Positions 56,299-64,000 of a stretch of DNA of 64,000 nucleotides are shown piece by piece. Numbering within the stretch: the first letter of the stretch is position 1; every line of letters starts with the position of its first letter. This DNA is from Candidatus Coatesbacteria bacterium (GTDB lineage Bacteria; RBG-13-66-14), in NCBI GenBank assembly GCA_014728225.1, contig WJLX01000050.1:3008-67007 (forward strand), given 5' to 3'. The notes under the pieces were generated by a model. It saw only the letters and a program-made list of their open reading frames with translations, made no database searches and was not told the DNA's origin. A program made the translations under genes and the position numbers.

Positions 56299-58185
56299 AT
56301 GCGCGCTAGCATCATCGTCATCTGCTGCCTGTCCGTCATGCCCGGCCTGGCTGATCAGGGTGCCAGTCAGATCCACCTCGACGACGGCGGCGGCCTGATC
56401 GAATACTGGGACACCACGAGCCTGACCTCGCCCGGCGTCAACGACCAATGGAGCGGTCGACCCCTCGACGGCGATGTTCTCTGGCACTACCACATCCCCG
56501 ACGGCGGCGGCGGGCAGCGCAACACCTGCGCCTTCGGAAACGATTACGACCACGTCCTCTCGGGCGGCTGGTTCCTGGGCTTCAAGCTGTTCGCCACCCT
56601 GGGCGACGGGCAGCCCGTCTGGGAGTGGTACGAGGAGGGCTCCGAGGGTCACCGCGGCGGCTTCGCTCCCGTCGGCGCCGAGAGCGCCGACATCTTCTAC
56701 GGCGTCTGGTACAACAACTTCGACACCAGCTTGTTCCGCATTTACCGCTTCGACTCGCAGACCGCCGGTCCGCTGTGGACCTACGACGCCTCCGCCGCCG
56801 GTTACACCACCGAGAACATGTGGAGCAATGATCTGCGGCTGGACTGCACCCCCGATGGCTCTCTGCTGGCCGTGGGGGTCAAGCATGACGGCCATCCGGC
56901 GGTGCTCTTCTTCGGTCCCGACTCCTCCACGCCCCTGGGCGTCTGGGAGGACACCGGCAACGCTTTCGGACCCTCCAAGGTCCGGTTGAGCGACGACGGC
57001 TCCGTCGTCGTGCTGCGTGCCGGAACAACCTTCTACCGCGTCGACGTCGCCACCGCCGCCACGGTCGCCTCCTGGAGTGCGGGCAGCAACGAGGGCTGGG
57101 CCGTCAGCACCGACGCCTCGCTGATGGGCTACGCCAACGCCCCGTTGACCGTGGTGGAGTGGAACGCCGGTGCCGGCGAATACCAGCAGCTCTGGCAGTA
57201 CCAACACCCCGGCAGCCCCACCCATTATGTCGGCACCATGGCCTTCAGCGACGATAACGCCGAGCTGGCCGTCGGCTGGTGGGAGTTCGACATGTATAAC
57301 ATGCTGCAGTGCTTCTTCACCCACCATCAGGTGGCCGGCGACGGCCAACCCGATTGGGAGTACGCCACCCCGCGGGGTACCGACAGCGAATATCAGGACC
57401 GTCCCGTCAGCTGCAGCCTCTCCGCCGACGGCCGGTTGATCGCTTTCGGAACCTGGGGCAACGCCGACCAGACTCATGACGAGGTGCTGGTCTTCGACAA
57501 CGAGAACCCGACGGAGCCCTACTACGGCCTCGATCACCTCGGTTCCTGCGAGCACGTTGAGCTCTCCGCCGACGGCCTGCTGCTGACCTCGGCGGGCAAG
57601 ACCGTCCACGTCAACGAGATGGGCTCCGGCGGCGACGTCTACGCCGCCGAGTTGGACCCCCTTGTCGGCGTCGGTGACGGCGTCCTGAGCGCCGAGGGCC
57701 TCGAGGACGGCGTCCTGCTCGACTGGACCTCGGCGGTCGGCGGCCGGGCGACGGTCCTGCGCGACGGCGCCGTTGTGGCCGCCGGCCTGACCTCGAGCGC
57801 CTGGCTGGACCGCGACGCCGCCCCCGGCCGGACCCACCGCTACACGGTGCGCCTGCAAACGCCCGACGGCGAACTCCTCCTCCTGGGCCCCGTCGAGGTT
57901 TTCTACGATGCCGGTACCGCGAACCGGTCCGCGCTGGACCTGCCGCATCCCTGCCCCTGCGATACGGCTTGCGTGGTCGAGGTCGAGCTGTCCAGCGCCA
58001 GCCTAGCCGAACTGGTCCTATACGATCTGGCCGGTCGCCGGATCCAAGTAATCCATTGCGGTGTGCTGGCTCCCGGGCGACACGATTTCACCTTGCAGAC
58101 CTCGTCACTGTCCGAAGGCCTCTATCTCCTGCGGTTGACCGTCGCAGGCGAGGTTCAGAACCGCCGCTTGATCGTGGCCCGCTAG
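56299..58185 (+). CDS. secreted beta-propeller-like protein with C-terminal Por/T9SS-type sorting domain
   Basis: Signal peptide; C-terminus ...LSEGLYLLRLTVAGEVQNRRLIVAR. Confidence 0.6.
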   Translation: MRASIIVICCLSVMPGLADQGASQIHLDDGGGLIEYWDTTSLTSPGVNDQWSGRPLDGDVLWHYHIPDGGGGQRNTCAFGNDYDHVLSGGWFLGFKLFATLGDGQPVWEWYEEGSEGHRGGFAPVGAESADIFYGVWYNNFDTSLFRIYRFDSQTAGPLWTYDASAAGYTTENMWSNDLRLDCTPDGSLLAVGVKHDGHPAVLFFGPDSSTPLGVWEDTGNAFGPSKVRLSDDGSVVVLRAGTTFYRVDVATAATVASWSAGSNEGWAVSTDASLMGYANAPLTVVEWNAGAGEYQQLWQYQHPGSPTHYVGTMAFSDDNAELAVGWWEFDMYNMLQCFFTHHQVAGDGQPDWEYATPRGTDSEYQDRPVSCSLSADGRLIAFGTWGNADQTHDEVLVFDNENPTEPYYGLDHLGSCEHVELSADGLLLTSAGKTVHVNEMGSGGDVYAAELDPLVGVGDGVLSAEGLEDGVLLDWTSAVGGRATVLRDGAVVAAGLTSSAWLDRDAAPGRTHRYTVRLQTPDGELLLLGPVEVFYDAGTANRSALDLPHPCPCDTACVVEVELSSASLAELVLYDLAGRRIQVIHCGVLAPGRHDFTLQTSSLSEGLYLLRLTVAGEVQNRRLIVAR

Positions 58186-58212
58186 CGACCAGGGGTCGCA
58201 GACTCTTGATAA

Positions 58213-58242
58213 AACCGGGATCCTCTCGATCCCGGTTTTGTT
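58213..58242 (+). terminator. rho-independent terminator
   Basis: aaccgggatcctctcgatcccggtt followed by ttgtt. Confidence 0.65.
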
Positions 58243-58613
58243 ATGCCGATCGTTAAACAACATTGAGCTCTCTCAGCTATTACTGGCCGCCGGGAAGCGC
58301 TGAACAGGAACACGCAATTTCGATCACCCGACTTGGGGTGCGATTGTGTTCACGCTGGTATCGACACAGCAGGAACTCTTTCCTTTGACGTGGGATCTGT
58401 CGATATACCGGAACGGTTTTGCGATAACCCGAGACGGGTAACAGGCATCACCGTCGAGAATAAAAAGTGACAATAGCGACAGGTGCGCCCATGGCGACGA
58501 GGGATACTGATAAGCTGCTCGGTGAAAGGCAAGAAAGACACAGCTCTGCCAAAGTGTGTTTCACAACCGAAGCCTGTGATACAGGTTTTTACGGGAAGTT
58601 AAGGAGCAGGGGA

Positions 58614-58979
58614 ATGGGAAAGGGAATCGCTCTAACAAACGGCAGGTTGATGCCGTCGGCCCAGGGTGGACTGGCTTGCTATGACGCAATGACGCTGGTC
58701 CGGGCGCGGATCGCCCGTATGCTGCGGGCCCGGCGGGGAGAGCTGGAATCTCATCCCGATTGGGGCAATCCGTTGCTGGAGCGTCTCTCCGCTCCGACAG
58801 ACCGTGAGACTATGGTCGCCTGGACCGACGAGTTGCGTCGGCTTGTGGGCGGAGATCCTGCTGTACGCGAAGTCATGGACCTAACCATCAAACGTCTCGG
58901 CAACCGCAGTTGGTTTATCAACATCGTTTTCATTCCCCATGATCTAAGCGAACAGCAGATGGAGATTATGCTCGTCTAG
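58614..58979 (+). CDS. phage baseplate wedge protein, GPW/gp25-like (lysozyme-fold)
   Basis: 121 aa from ATG with aaggag RBS; ...ARIARMLRARRGELESHPDWGNPLLERLSAP... and C-terminal WFINIVFIPHD fit the gp25/gpW pattern. Confidence 0.6.
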   Translation: MGKGIALTNGRLMPSAQGGLACYDAMTLVRARIARMLRARRGELESHPDWGNPLLERLSAPTDRETMVAWTDELRRLVGGDPAVREVMDLTIKRLGNRSWFINIVFIPHDLSEQQMEIMLV

Positions 58980-59014
58980 ATGCTTCACGGGCGGTAGAAG
59001 AAAGGACGGCAGGA

Positions 59015-60163
59015 ATGCTATATACCGACAGTGAACTGCTAACACGAATTATCGAATACTACAGGGCCCGTTGTCCCCAACTAGACGATTACACTCCGGG
59101 CGAGGTCATGCTTGGGCTGGCCGAAGGCGATCGCGACGTCGCGGCGGACCTGCTCTACCAGGCTGAAAAGCAGCTCAATCGCTGCATGATCGACACCGCG
59201 AAAGGCGACGATCTGGACGTACTGCTAACCGGTTACGGCTTTTCAAGGCCTGCACCGGCCAAAGCGCACGGCGTAGTCACTATTTCTACACCTTCCCTAA
59301 GCAGCGATACGATCGTCGGTACGACGATCACCATCCCCAAGGGTACCAAGCTGGGGTTGGGCAGCTTTAATTACACTTCGAATGTGGTCTTCGAAACCGA
59401 TTACGACGTTGATTACACCTACGGGGACACCTCCACAACAGATGTCGACATTACGGCTGTGGAACCCGGATCCCGCGGCAATGTTAATGCTAATACGATT
59501 ACACGTATTCTAAATAACGAGAGCTGGGCGGTCAAGGTGACGAATCCCTCACCGACCAGCGGTGGGCACGACGATTGGTCCGATAGTGAGTACAGACGCC
59601 TCTTCCGCGCCTGGTTGGCCTCGATGGGCAAGACGACCAAGACCGCCGTCGAGGGCCGAGCCCTGCTGGTGCCCGGTGTCTACAACGCCCAGTTGGCAGA
59701 GAACGTTACGAGCAACGAGGAGACTGTCACCGAACTCAAGGGTAATAACGTCCTGTTTATTTGGAACGGTACAGATCAAACAGCTGACGAGGCATTGGAA
59801 ATCCGGGTCCGTGAGGTGTTGGTCGACGATTACCGTGGTATTGGCACCACCCTAACCGTCAAGCACGCAACTCCTGTAGCCGTGGACTTGACGATTGAAA
59901 GACTTACGATCAAGCAGGGTTACAGCAACAACAAGATCAAGAATGACGTCTCAGTCGCTCTGCAACGCTATATCAGGAGCTTGGCACCCTCGCAGAATGT
60001 CAGCAAGGCCAAGGCCGTCCAGCATGCAATGCAGGTGCCGGGCGTTAAGGAAATTCAATTCAATGATAGTGAAGCTATTGAAGAAATCAACATCGGATGT
60101 GTCGCCCTGCCCGGGGACGTGACCTTTACCAACATCGATCGCGCGGGGGGTGAGTCGTCGTGA
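59015..60163 (+). CDS. Baseplate J-like protein (gpJ/gp6/Mu gp47-like)
   Basis: HGVVTISTPSLSSDTIVGTTITIPKGTKLG..VVFETD typical Baseplate_J core; 382 aa. Confidence 0.65.
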   Translation: MLYTDSELLTRIIEYYRARCPQLDDYTPGEVMLGLAEGDRDVAADLLYQAEKQLNRCMIDTAKGDDLDVLLTGYGFSRPAPAKAHGVVTISTPSLSSDTIVGTTITIPKGTKLGLGSFNYTSNVVFETDYDVDYTYGDTSTTDVDITAVEPGSRGNVNANTITRILNNESWAVKVTNPSPTSGGHDDWSDSEYRRLFRAWLASMGKTTKTAVEGRALLVPGVYNAQLAENVTSNEETVTELKGNNVLFIWNGTDQTADEALEIRVREVLVDDYRGIGTTLTVKHATPVAVDLTIERLTIKQGYSNNKIKNDVSVALQRYIRSLAPSQNVSKAKAVQHAMQVPGVKEIQFNDSEAIEEINIGCVALPGDVTFTNIDRAGGESS

Positions 60164-60825
60164 ACAGGGAGCAGATACGAGAGCGATTGTTGGGTGAGTT
60201 GCCGCTGGAACTCGACGTCGACGATCCTCTCACCGGCGGCTTCATTGAGGCTAGAGTCGACCGGTTGCTGGAGGTTGCTGAACGCATCGACGAGCAGGTT
60301 TATCTGCCGACCTTCGGCCGTTCCTCTGACTGGTATCTGAGTAGGATCGCCCATTCCCTGGGTATTCAGCGCCGCCACGCTGAGAATGATCATTGGTTGA
60401 GACAGCGGGTGTTGCGGATAGTTTTCGGGCGTCATCAGGGCACCCGCTTGGGCGTCGAGGAAGCACTCGCTGATCTGCTGGTCAAGCAGGCGATCATTGT
60501 GGAATGGATACGTGATCACCTTTTCCTCGACGCCGAGCGCAGTTTTCTGGGAGGTCCGAAGAACTGGCTCTGTTCTAGAGCCACGATGGGATTGAGCTTC
60601 CGAGTCCGCGTCCGACCGCCGATGCTCTGTCTGAAGCAATATGCTCCCTATATCCATCGCACGAAAACGTATATCAGTCCAACCCATACCAAACAGGCTT
60701 TCCTCGGGGAATGCTATCTATTTGACGACGAACGGGCCGATTACTCGACGCCGCTGTGGTTGATCTGGTGGCTGGTCGACCGCCTGCGGATGGCAGGAAC
60801 AACCTTCGAAATGGAGATACTCTGA
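60160..60825 (+). CDS. phage tail protein, DUF2313 / gpI / Mu gp48-like
   Basis: GTG start overlapping the upstream stop (gtga); position and size match the gene that follows Baseplate J in P2/Mu-like tails. Confidence 0.45.
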   Translation: MNREQIRERLLGELPLELDVDDPLTGGFIEARVDRLLEVAERIDEQVYLPTFGRSSDWYLSRIAHSLGIQRRHAENDHWLRQRVLRIVFGRHQGTRLGVEEALADLLVKQAIIVEWIRDHLFLDAERSFLGGPKNWLCSRATMGLSFRVRVRPPMLCLKQYAPYIHRTKTYISPTHTKQAFLGECYLFDDERADYSTPLWLIWWLVDRLRMAGTTFEMEIL

Positions 60826-61805
60826 TGGACAAGATCAACTTTACCGACCGACAGGAGCTGACGCTGGCAGACGCCACCTCTATTTTCGATCTAGTGGAAA
60901 ATGAGTTCTGTCGTGTGCTGCGGGAGTACTTCAGCGAGACTGACGTCGTAATCAAGGGCTTTGAGGTTGCGACCACCATCCCCCCCGCGATGGCCGTCAA
61001 GGTCAAAGTGGATGACGATGCGATCATCGGCACTGACACCACGGGCTGGGCCGTCGGGATAGATCCGGCGACCTCCAAACCCGTCCGGCTGACCGCTGAC
61101 ACCACCGCCGCCATCAGTGAGGCCGATGCCTCCAGCGCCCGTGTCGACCTGGTCTGTATTCGCCGTATGACAACGGCGGCCGAACCCGAAGAGCGTTTCT
61201 TCTGGGATCCGGAGAACGAGATCATCGATAGTTCCTCGGTCTACACTCGTCTGCTCGACGATTGCGAAATCCATATCTTCGAGGGTGAACTGGGCGGATC
61301 GGCGCCGATTCTCGACGATTCGTCCAATCCGATCAGCGATAACTGGCTCAAGCTTGCCGAGGTTGAAGTGGGTGCAGGAGTCACTCAGATCGACAGCAGC
61401 AGCATCACCGATGTGCGCAACCTGTACGCTGGTCCGTACGTGAACGAAGACTTCGTCAGCGACAATGTCAAGGACTTCTCTCTGGAGCACGACAAGTTCG
61501 AAGGGGTGCGTCGGATTCTGACCGATCTGGATACAACCTACAGCGAGCTATGGAGCACGGACACCAAGGATTGGCTTGACCGGATCGTCCTGGTCTATAT
61601 GGCTCATCAACCGATGGCCACCATAAACGAAATCACCTCGCTGATCAACCTGTCGAATGTGTCGACCTCGTACAGCTTGGGATCAATCAGCGGCGACACG
61701 GCATATATCCGTGTCAACCCCAGCGGCAGGCTGGAGTTCAAGCTTGATTCCAGTTCGTTCGCTAATATCTTCATCCGCGTCGAGGACGGCGGATCCAACA
61801 GTTAG
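60825..61805 (+). CDS. tail fibre / receptor-binding-like protein (tentative)
   Basis: TGATG overlap with the upstream gene; Ser/Thr/Asp-rich 326-aa protein in the tail-fibre position. Confidence 0.4.
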   Translation: MDKINFTDRQELTLADATSIFDLVENEFCRVLREYFSETDVVIKGFEVATTIPPAMAVKVKVDDDAIIGTDTTGWAVGIDPATSKPVRLTADTTAAISEADASSARVDLVCIRRMTTAAEPEERFFWDPENEIIDSSSVYTRLLDDCEIHIFEGELGGSAPILDDSSNPISDNWLKLAEVEVGAGVTQIDSSSITDVRNLYAGPYVNEDFVSDNVKDFSLEHDKFEGVRRILTDLDTTYSELWSTDTKDWLDRIVLVYMAHQPMATINEITSLINLSNVSTSYSLGSISGDTAYIRVNPSGRLEFKLDSSSFANIFIRVEDGGSNS

Positions 61806-61815
61806 GAGCGGTCAA

Positions 61816-62043
61816 GTGAGCGGTTTACGTTTCGAGATCGAGTGGGGTACCCGGTTGACCTCGGTGGCCATGCTGGTTGGGGTGTTCATCGGCTGCGCGG
61901 TGGCCACGGCCCTTGAATGGCTGCCGCCCGACGTGCTCAACTGGGGCTGGGGGGCTCTAGGTACGGCCGTCGCCGCCTTTGTCACGGCCAGGGGCCTGGA
62001 AAAACGCAGTCGCATCAGCCGCGTAGGCGGTGAACAAGAATGA
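61816..62043 (+). CDS. holin-like small membrane protein (75 aa, GTG start)
   Basis: aggag RBS, two hydrophobic helices, ATGA overlap with the downstream amidase. Confidence 0.45.
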   Translation: MSGLRFEIEWGTRLTSVAMLVGVFIGCAVATALEWLPPDVLNWGWGALGTAVAAFVTARGLEKRSRISRVGGEQE

Positions 62044-62600
62044 GCTGGAATCCCGAAGGGCCAAGGGACCTCGATATCCGGGTCGTGCCCACCCGAGACG
62101 CCCATTTCGATCCCAAGCGTCGAATCAAAGGGGTTGTCATCCATTACACCGCCGGCGGCTTTGAGGGTTCCTTGGCCTGGCTGACGCGGCCCGACGCAAT
62201 TCCGGTTAGTTGCCACTATTTGATCGCTCGCGATGGACGTGTCGTTCAACTGTGCCGGATCGGCCACGTCGCATATCACGCCGGCCGATCCTGGGGCGAA
62301 GACAATCCCAACCGTTGGAGCGTGGGCTGCGAGCTTGTGGCTACCTCTAGTGACGGTTACACTTTCACGACCGAACAATATGACGTGCTCAGCCGTTTGC
62401 TGGCTTGGCTGTACGACACGCAGCATCTGTGCTTCGCGTACCCGGACGGCGATCCTGCTGGATACCGAGAGCGTGCCTACTGGCACGGTATCTTCCGCGG
62501 TGATGGTTTCTGCATTGGCCACAGCGCCGTCAACCCGGGAAAGCCCGACCCGGGGCCCAATTTCAACTGGAAGGCGCTGGCCGATCTGGTGGCCTCGTAG
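62040..62600 (+). CDS. N-acetylmuramoyl-L-alanine amidase (Amidase_2/PGRP fold), endolysin-like
   Basis: VVIHYTAG, SCHYLIARDGRVVQL, AYHAG, SVGCEL, GHS..NPGKPDPGPNF zinc-amidase motifs. Confidence 0.85.
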   Translation: MSWNPEGPRDLDIRVVPTRDAHFDPKRRIKGVVIHYTAGGFEGSLAWLTRPDAIPVSCHYLIARDGRVVQLCRIGHVAYHAGRSWGEDNPNRWSVGCELVATSSDGYTFTTEQYDVLSRLLAWLYDTQHLCFAYPDGDPAGYRERAYWHGIFRGDGFCIGHSAVNPGKPDPGPNFNWKALADLVAS

Positions 62601-62633
62601 TCATGAGGTCGAGACCAGACGAGTCGTCTTGAG

Positions 62634-63317
62634 ATGACACAAAAGACCAAACTTTGGCTGTTAGGCAGCGTGTTTCTGGCTCTGATCGGGGTCTTGCTGC
62701 TGCTGGTGTTTCACTGGCGCGCCACAGCCCTGGAGGCCCAGGCACGCAACGGCGCCCTGGTTGTCGACGCTTTACGCGCTAAAAGTCGTCTGACGACTGT
62801 CATAGACAATATCATGAATCTTCAGGTAGATAATATAGAGCTTCGTCGATCCCTGAACAAACGCCGGGCTGAGATCGAGCGTTTGGTCCAAGTCGAGGTC
62901 GGCACCGTGCCAATGTCTTACACCGCCGTCCCAGCTGAACCTGAAGGAGAAACCGAACCACCGGCCGCATTCAGTGGCAGCTGGACAGCCGCCGGTGATC
63001 ACTGGCGGGCACGCTTCAGTTATCCACCGCCGACCTTCGATATCGAACTGCTTCGACGCCATGCCGAGCTGGAAATCGTTTGGGATGATCAGGATATTGT
63101 GGGTGTGGCAACCGAGGCCGATTGGCTGATAATCGACGACGTGCACGGGTTGAGAAGAAGACAACCGGATAGCGACTGGTCCCTGGGAGCCACGCTGCGT
63201 TATCCAGAAACCGCTGTTGGGGCCCATCTTGACTGGAAGTGGCTGACCTTCGGCGTTGATTACTCTTTCGATGAGCAGAAGCCGGTATTGCGCATGGGAG
63301 TGGAGTTCGACCTATGA
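62634..63317 (+). CDS. membrane-anchored coiled-coil protein, i-spanin (Rz-like) candidate
   Basis: N-terminal TM helix, then coiled-coil, directly after the endolysin. Confidence 0.35.
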   Translation: MTQKTKLWLLGSVFLALIGVLLLLVFHWRATALEAQARNGALVVDALRAKSRLTTVIDNIMNLQVDNIELRRSLNKRRAEIERLVQVEVGTVPMSYTAVPAEPEGETEPPAAFSGSWTAAGDHWRARFSYPPPTFDIELLRRHAELEIVWDDQDIVGVATEADWLIIDDVHGLRRRQPDSDWSLGATLRYPETAVGAHLDWKWLTFGVDYSFDEQKPVLRMGVEFDL

Positions 63318-63478
63318 TCATCGAAGCCCGGAAACAAGGATGGTTCGTCAATGCGGATCATCGATGGTTGTCCGTTCCGGCTAACCTGGCTACGCGTTGG
63401 CTGTACGGCTCGGTCCGGGCCGAAGATGAAATCATACGATATCTGGACCCCAACGGAGGAACCGATGATGAGGCGTGA
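63314..63478 (+). CDS. small ORF (54 aa), ATGA-coupled to the upstream gene
   Basis: Overlapping start/stop; no recognisable features. Confidence 0.25.
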   Translation: MIIEARKQGWFVNADHRWLSVPANLATRWLYGSVRAEDEIIRYLDPNGGTDDEA

Positions 63479-64000
63479 GGCTTGCCCCTTGTGCGGTGCC
63501 GGGCTCGAGATGAGTGAATTGTTGCTCAAGACCGCCAAGGGTTATCCACTTCACCAGTGTTGTCGCTGCGGCCTCGTCTTCGGTGTAGAACTGCTGGACG
63601 AGGAAGAGCTCGACGGTATTTATGATGAGGAGTATGCGGAACATTATTGCAAACCGGCGCTGATACAGCAAAACCGTCATTACGCGGAACAGTTCTTTGC
63701 CGACCGACCCAGGGGTGACCTGCTCGAAATTGGATGTGGTACGGGTAGCATGCTCAAGCGTCTGCACGAGTTGGGCTTCAATGTCGAGGGACTTGAACTA
63801 TCTAAGGCCATGGCTGCCCATGTCGCTGAACTGCCGCTCATACGGGGATCTATCGAAAGGCTCGAATTGAGTACATATTACGGCTGCTACGACTACGTCG
63901 TCATGTTCCATGTGCTCGAACACCTATATGATCCGGTTGCCACCGTCGCAAAGGTGTTTAAGTTGTTGCGTCAAGGTGGATTATGGTTTAATTATATGCC
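63465..64000 (+). CDS. zinc-ribbon + class I SAM-dependent methyltransferase (partial, runs off the window end)
   Basis: ggagga RBS; MMRREACPLCGAGLE...CCRCGLVFG (CxxC...CxxC), then LLEIGCGTGSM motif I; no stop before the window end. Confidence 0.6.
   Translation, partial: MMRREACPLCGAGLEMSELLLKTAKGYPLHQCCRCGLVFGVELLDEEELDGIYDEEYAEHYCKPALIQQNRHYAEQFFADRPRGDLLEIGCGTGSMLKRLHELGFNVEGLELSKAMAAHVAELPLIRGSIERLELSTYYGCYDYVVMFHVLEHLYDPVATVAKVFKLLRQGGLWFNYM

Noticed and set aside
61812-62522. 236-aa minus-strand ORF overlapping the amidase gene
   Set aside because: The + strand amidase has unambiguous Amidase_2 catalytic motifs and operon coupling; the minus ORF has no support.

Overview
This is a high-GC (~65-70%) bacterial chromosomal segment, probably from an uncultivated lineage: two secreted proteins end in Por/T9SS-type C-terminal sorting domains, which fits the Fibrobacteres-Chlorobi-Bacteroidetes (FCB) group. 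The gene calls below were made by translating the track ORFs and checking motifs by eye; in this GC range most very long track ORFs are antisense shadows and were discarded.

Housekeeping genes I can support:
- leuS (partial), comEC and lgt.
- sfsA, hutU, rpmB.
- the uppS-cdsA-dxr-rseP operon.

Other content:
- Several transporters: two MFS, one SatP-like.
- Many secreted or periplasmic hydrolases and adhesin-like proteins: an M28 peptidase with BNR repeats, three tandem M42 aminopeptidases, a C1 papain-like peptidase, a PhoA-like phosphatase, a VIT-vWA protein, a DUF1566 lipoprotein and three PD40 beta-propellers.
- Tandem paralog arrays: a pair of unknown secreted proteins, a pair of GT-C-like membrane proteins, two ferritin-like proteins.
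- Two degenerate IS1595/IS1-superfamily transposase remnants as direct repeats about 10 kb apart.

No tRNA, rRNA or CRISPR array is supported.

Most notable findings:
1. A lower-GC, phage-derived module at about 58.6-63.5 kb. It carries gp25-like, Baseplate-J-like, DUF2313/gpI-like and tail-fibre-like genes, then holin, amidase endolysin and a spanin-like gene, then a zinc-ribbon methyltransferase. Adjacent genes are translationally coupled. It abuts ordinary host genes with no sheath, tube or integrase upstream.
2. A family of long (~190 bp) nested palindromic intergenic elements (three copies). They share a conserved ~85-bp core, and their outer arms differ between copies yet stay complementary. 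Four shorter hairpins share the same core motif and all sit at gene 3' ends.
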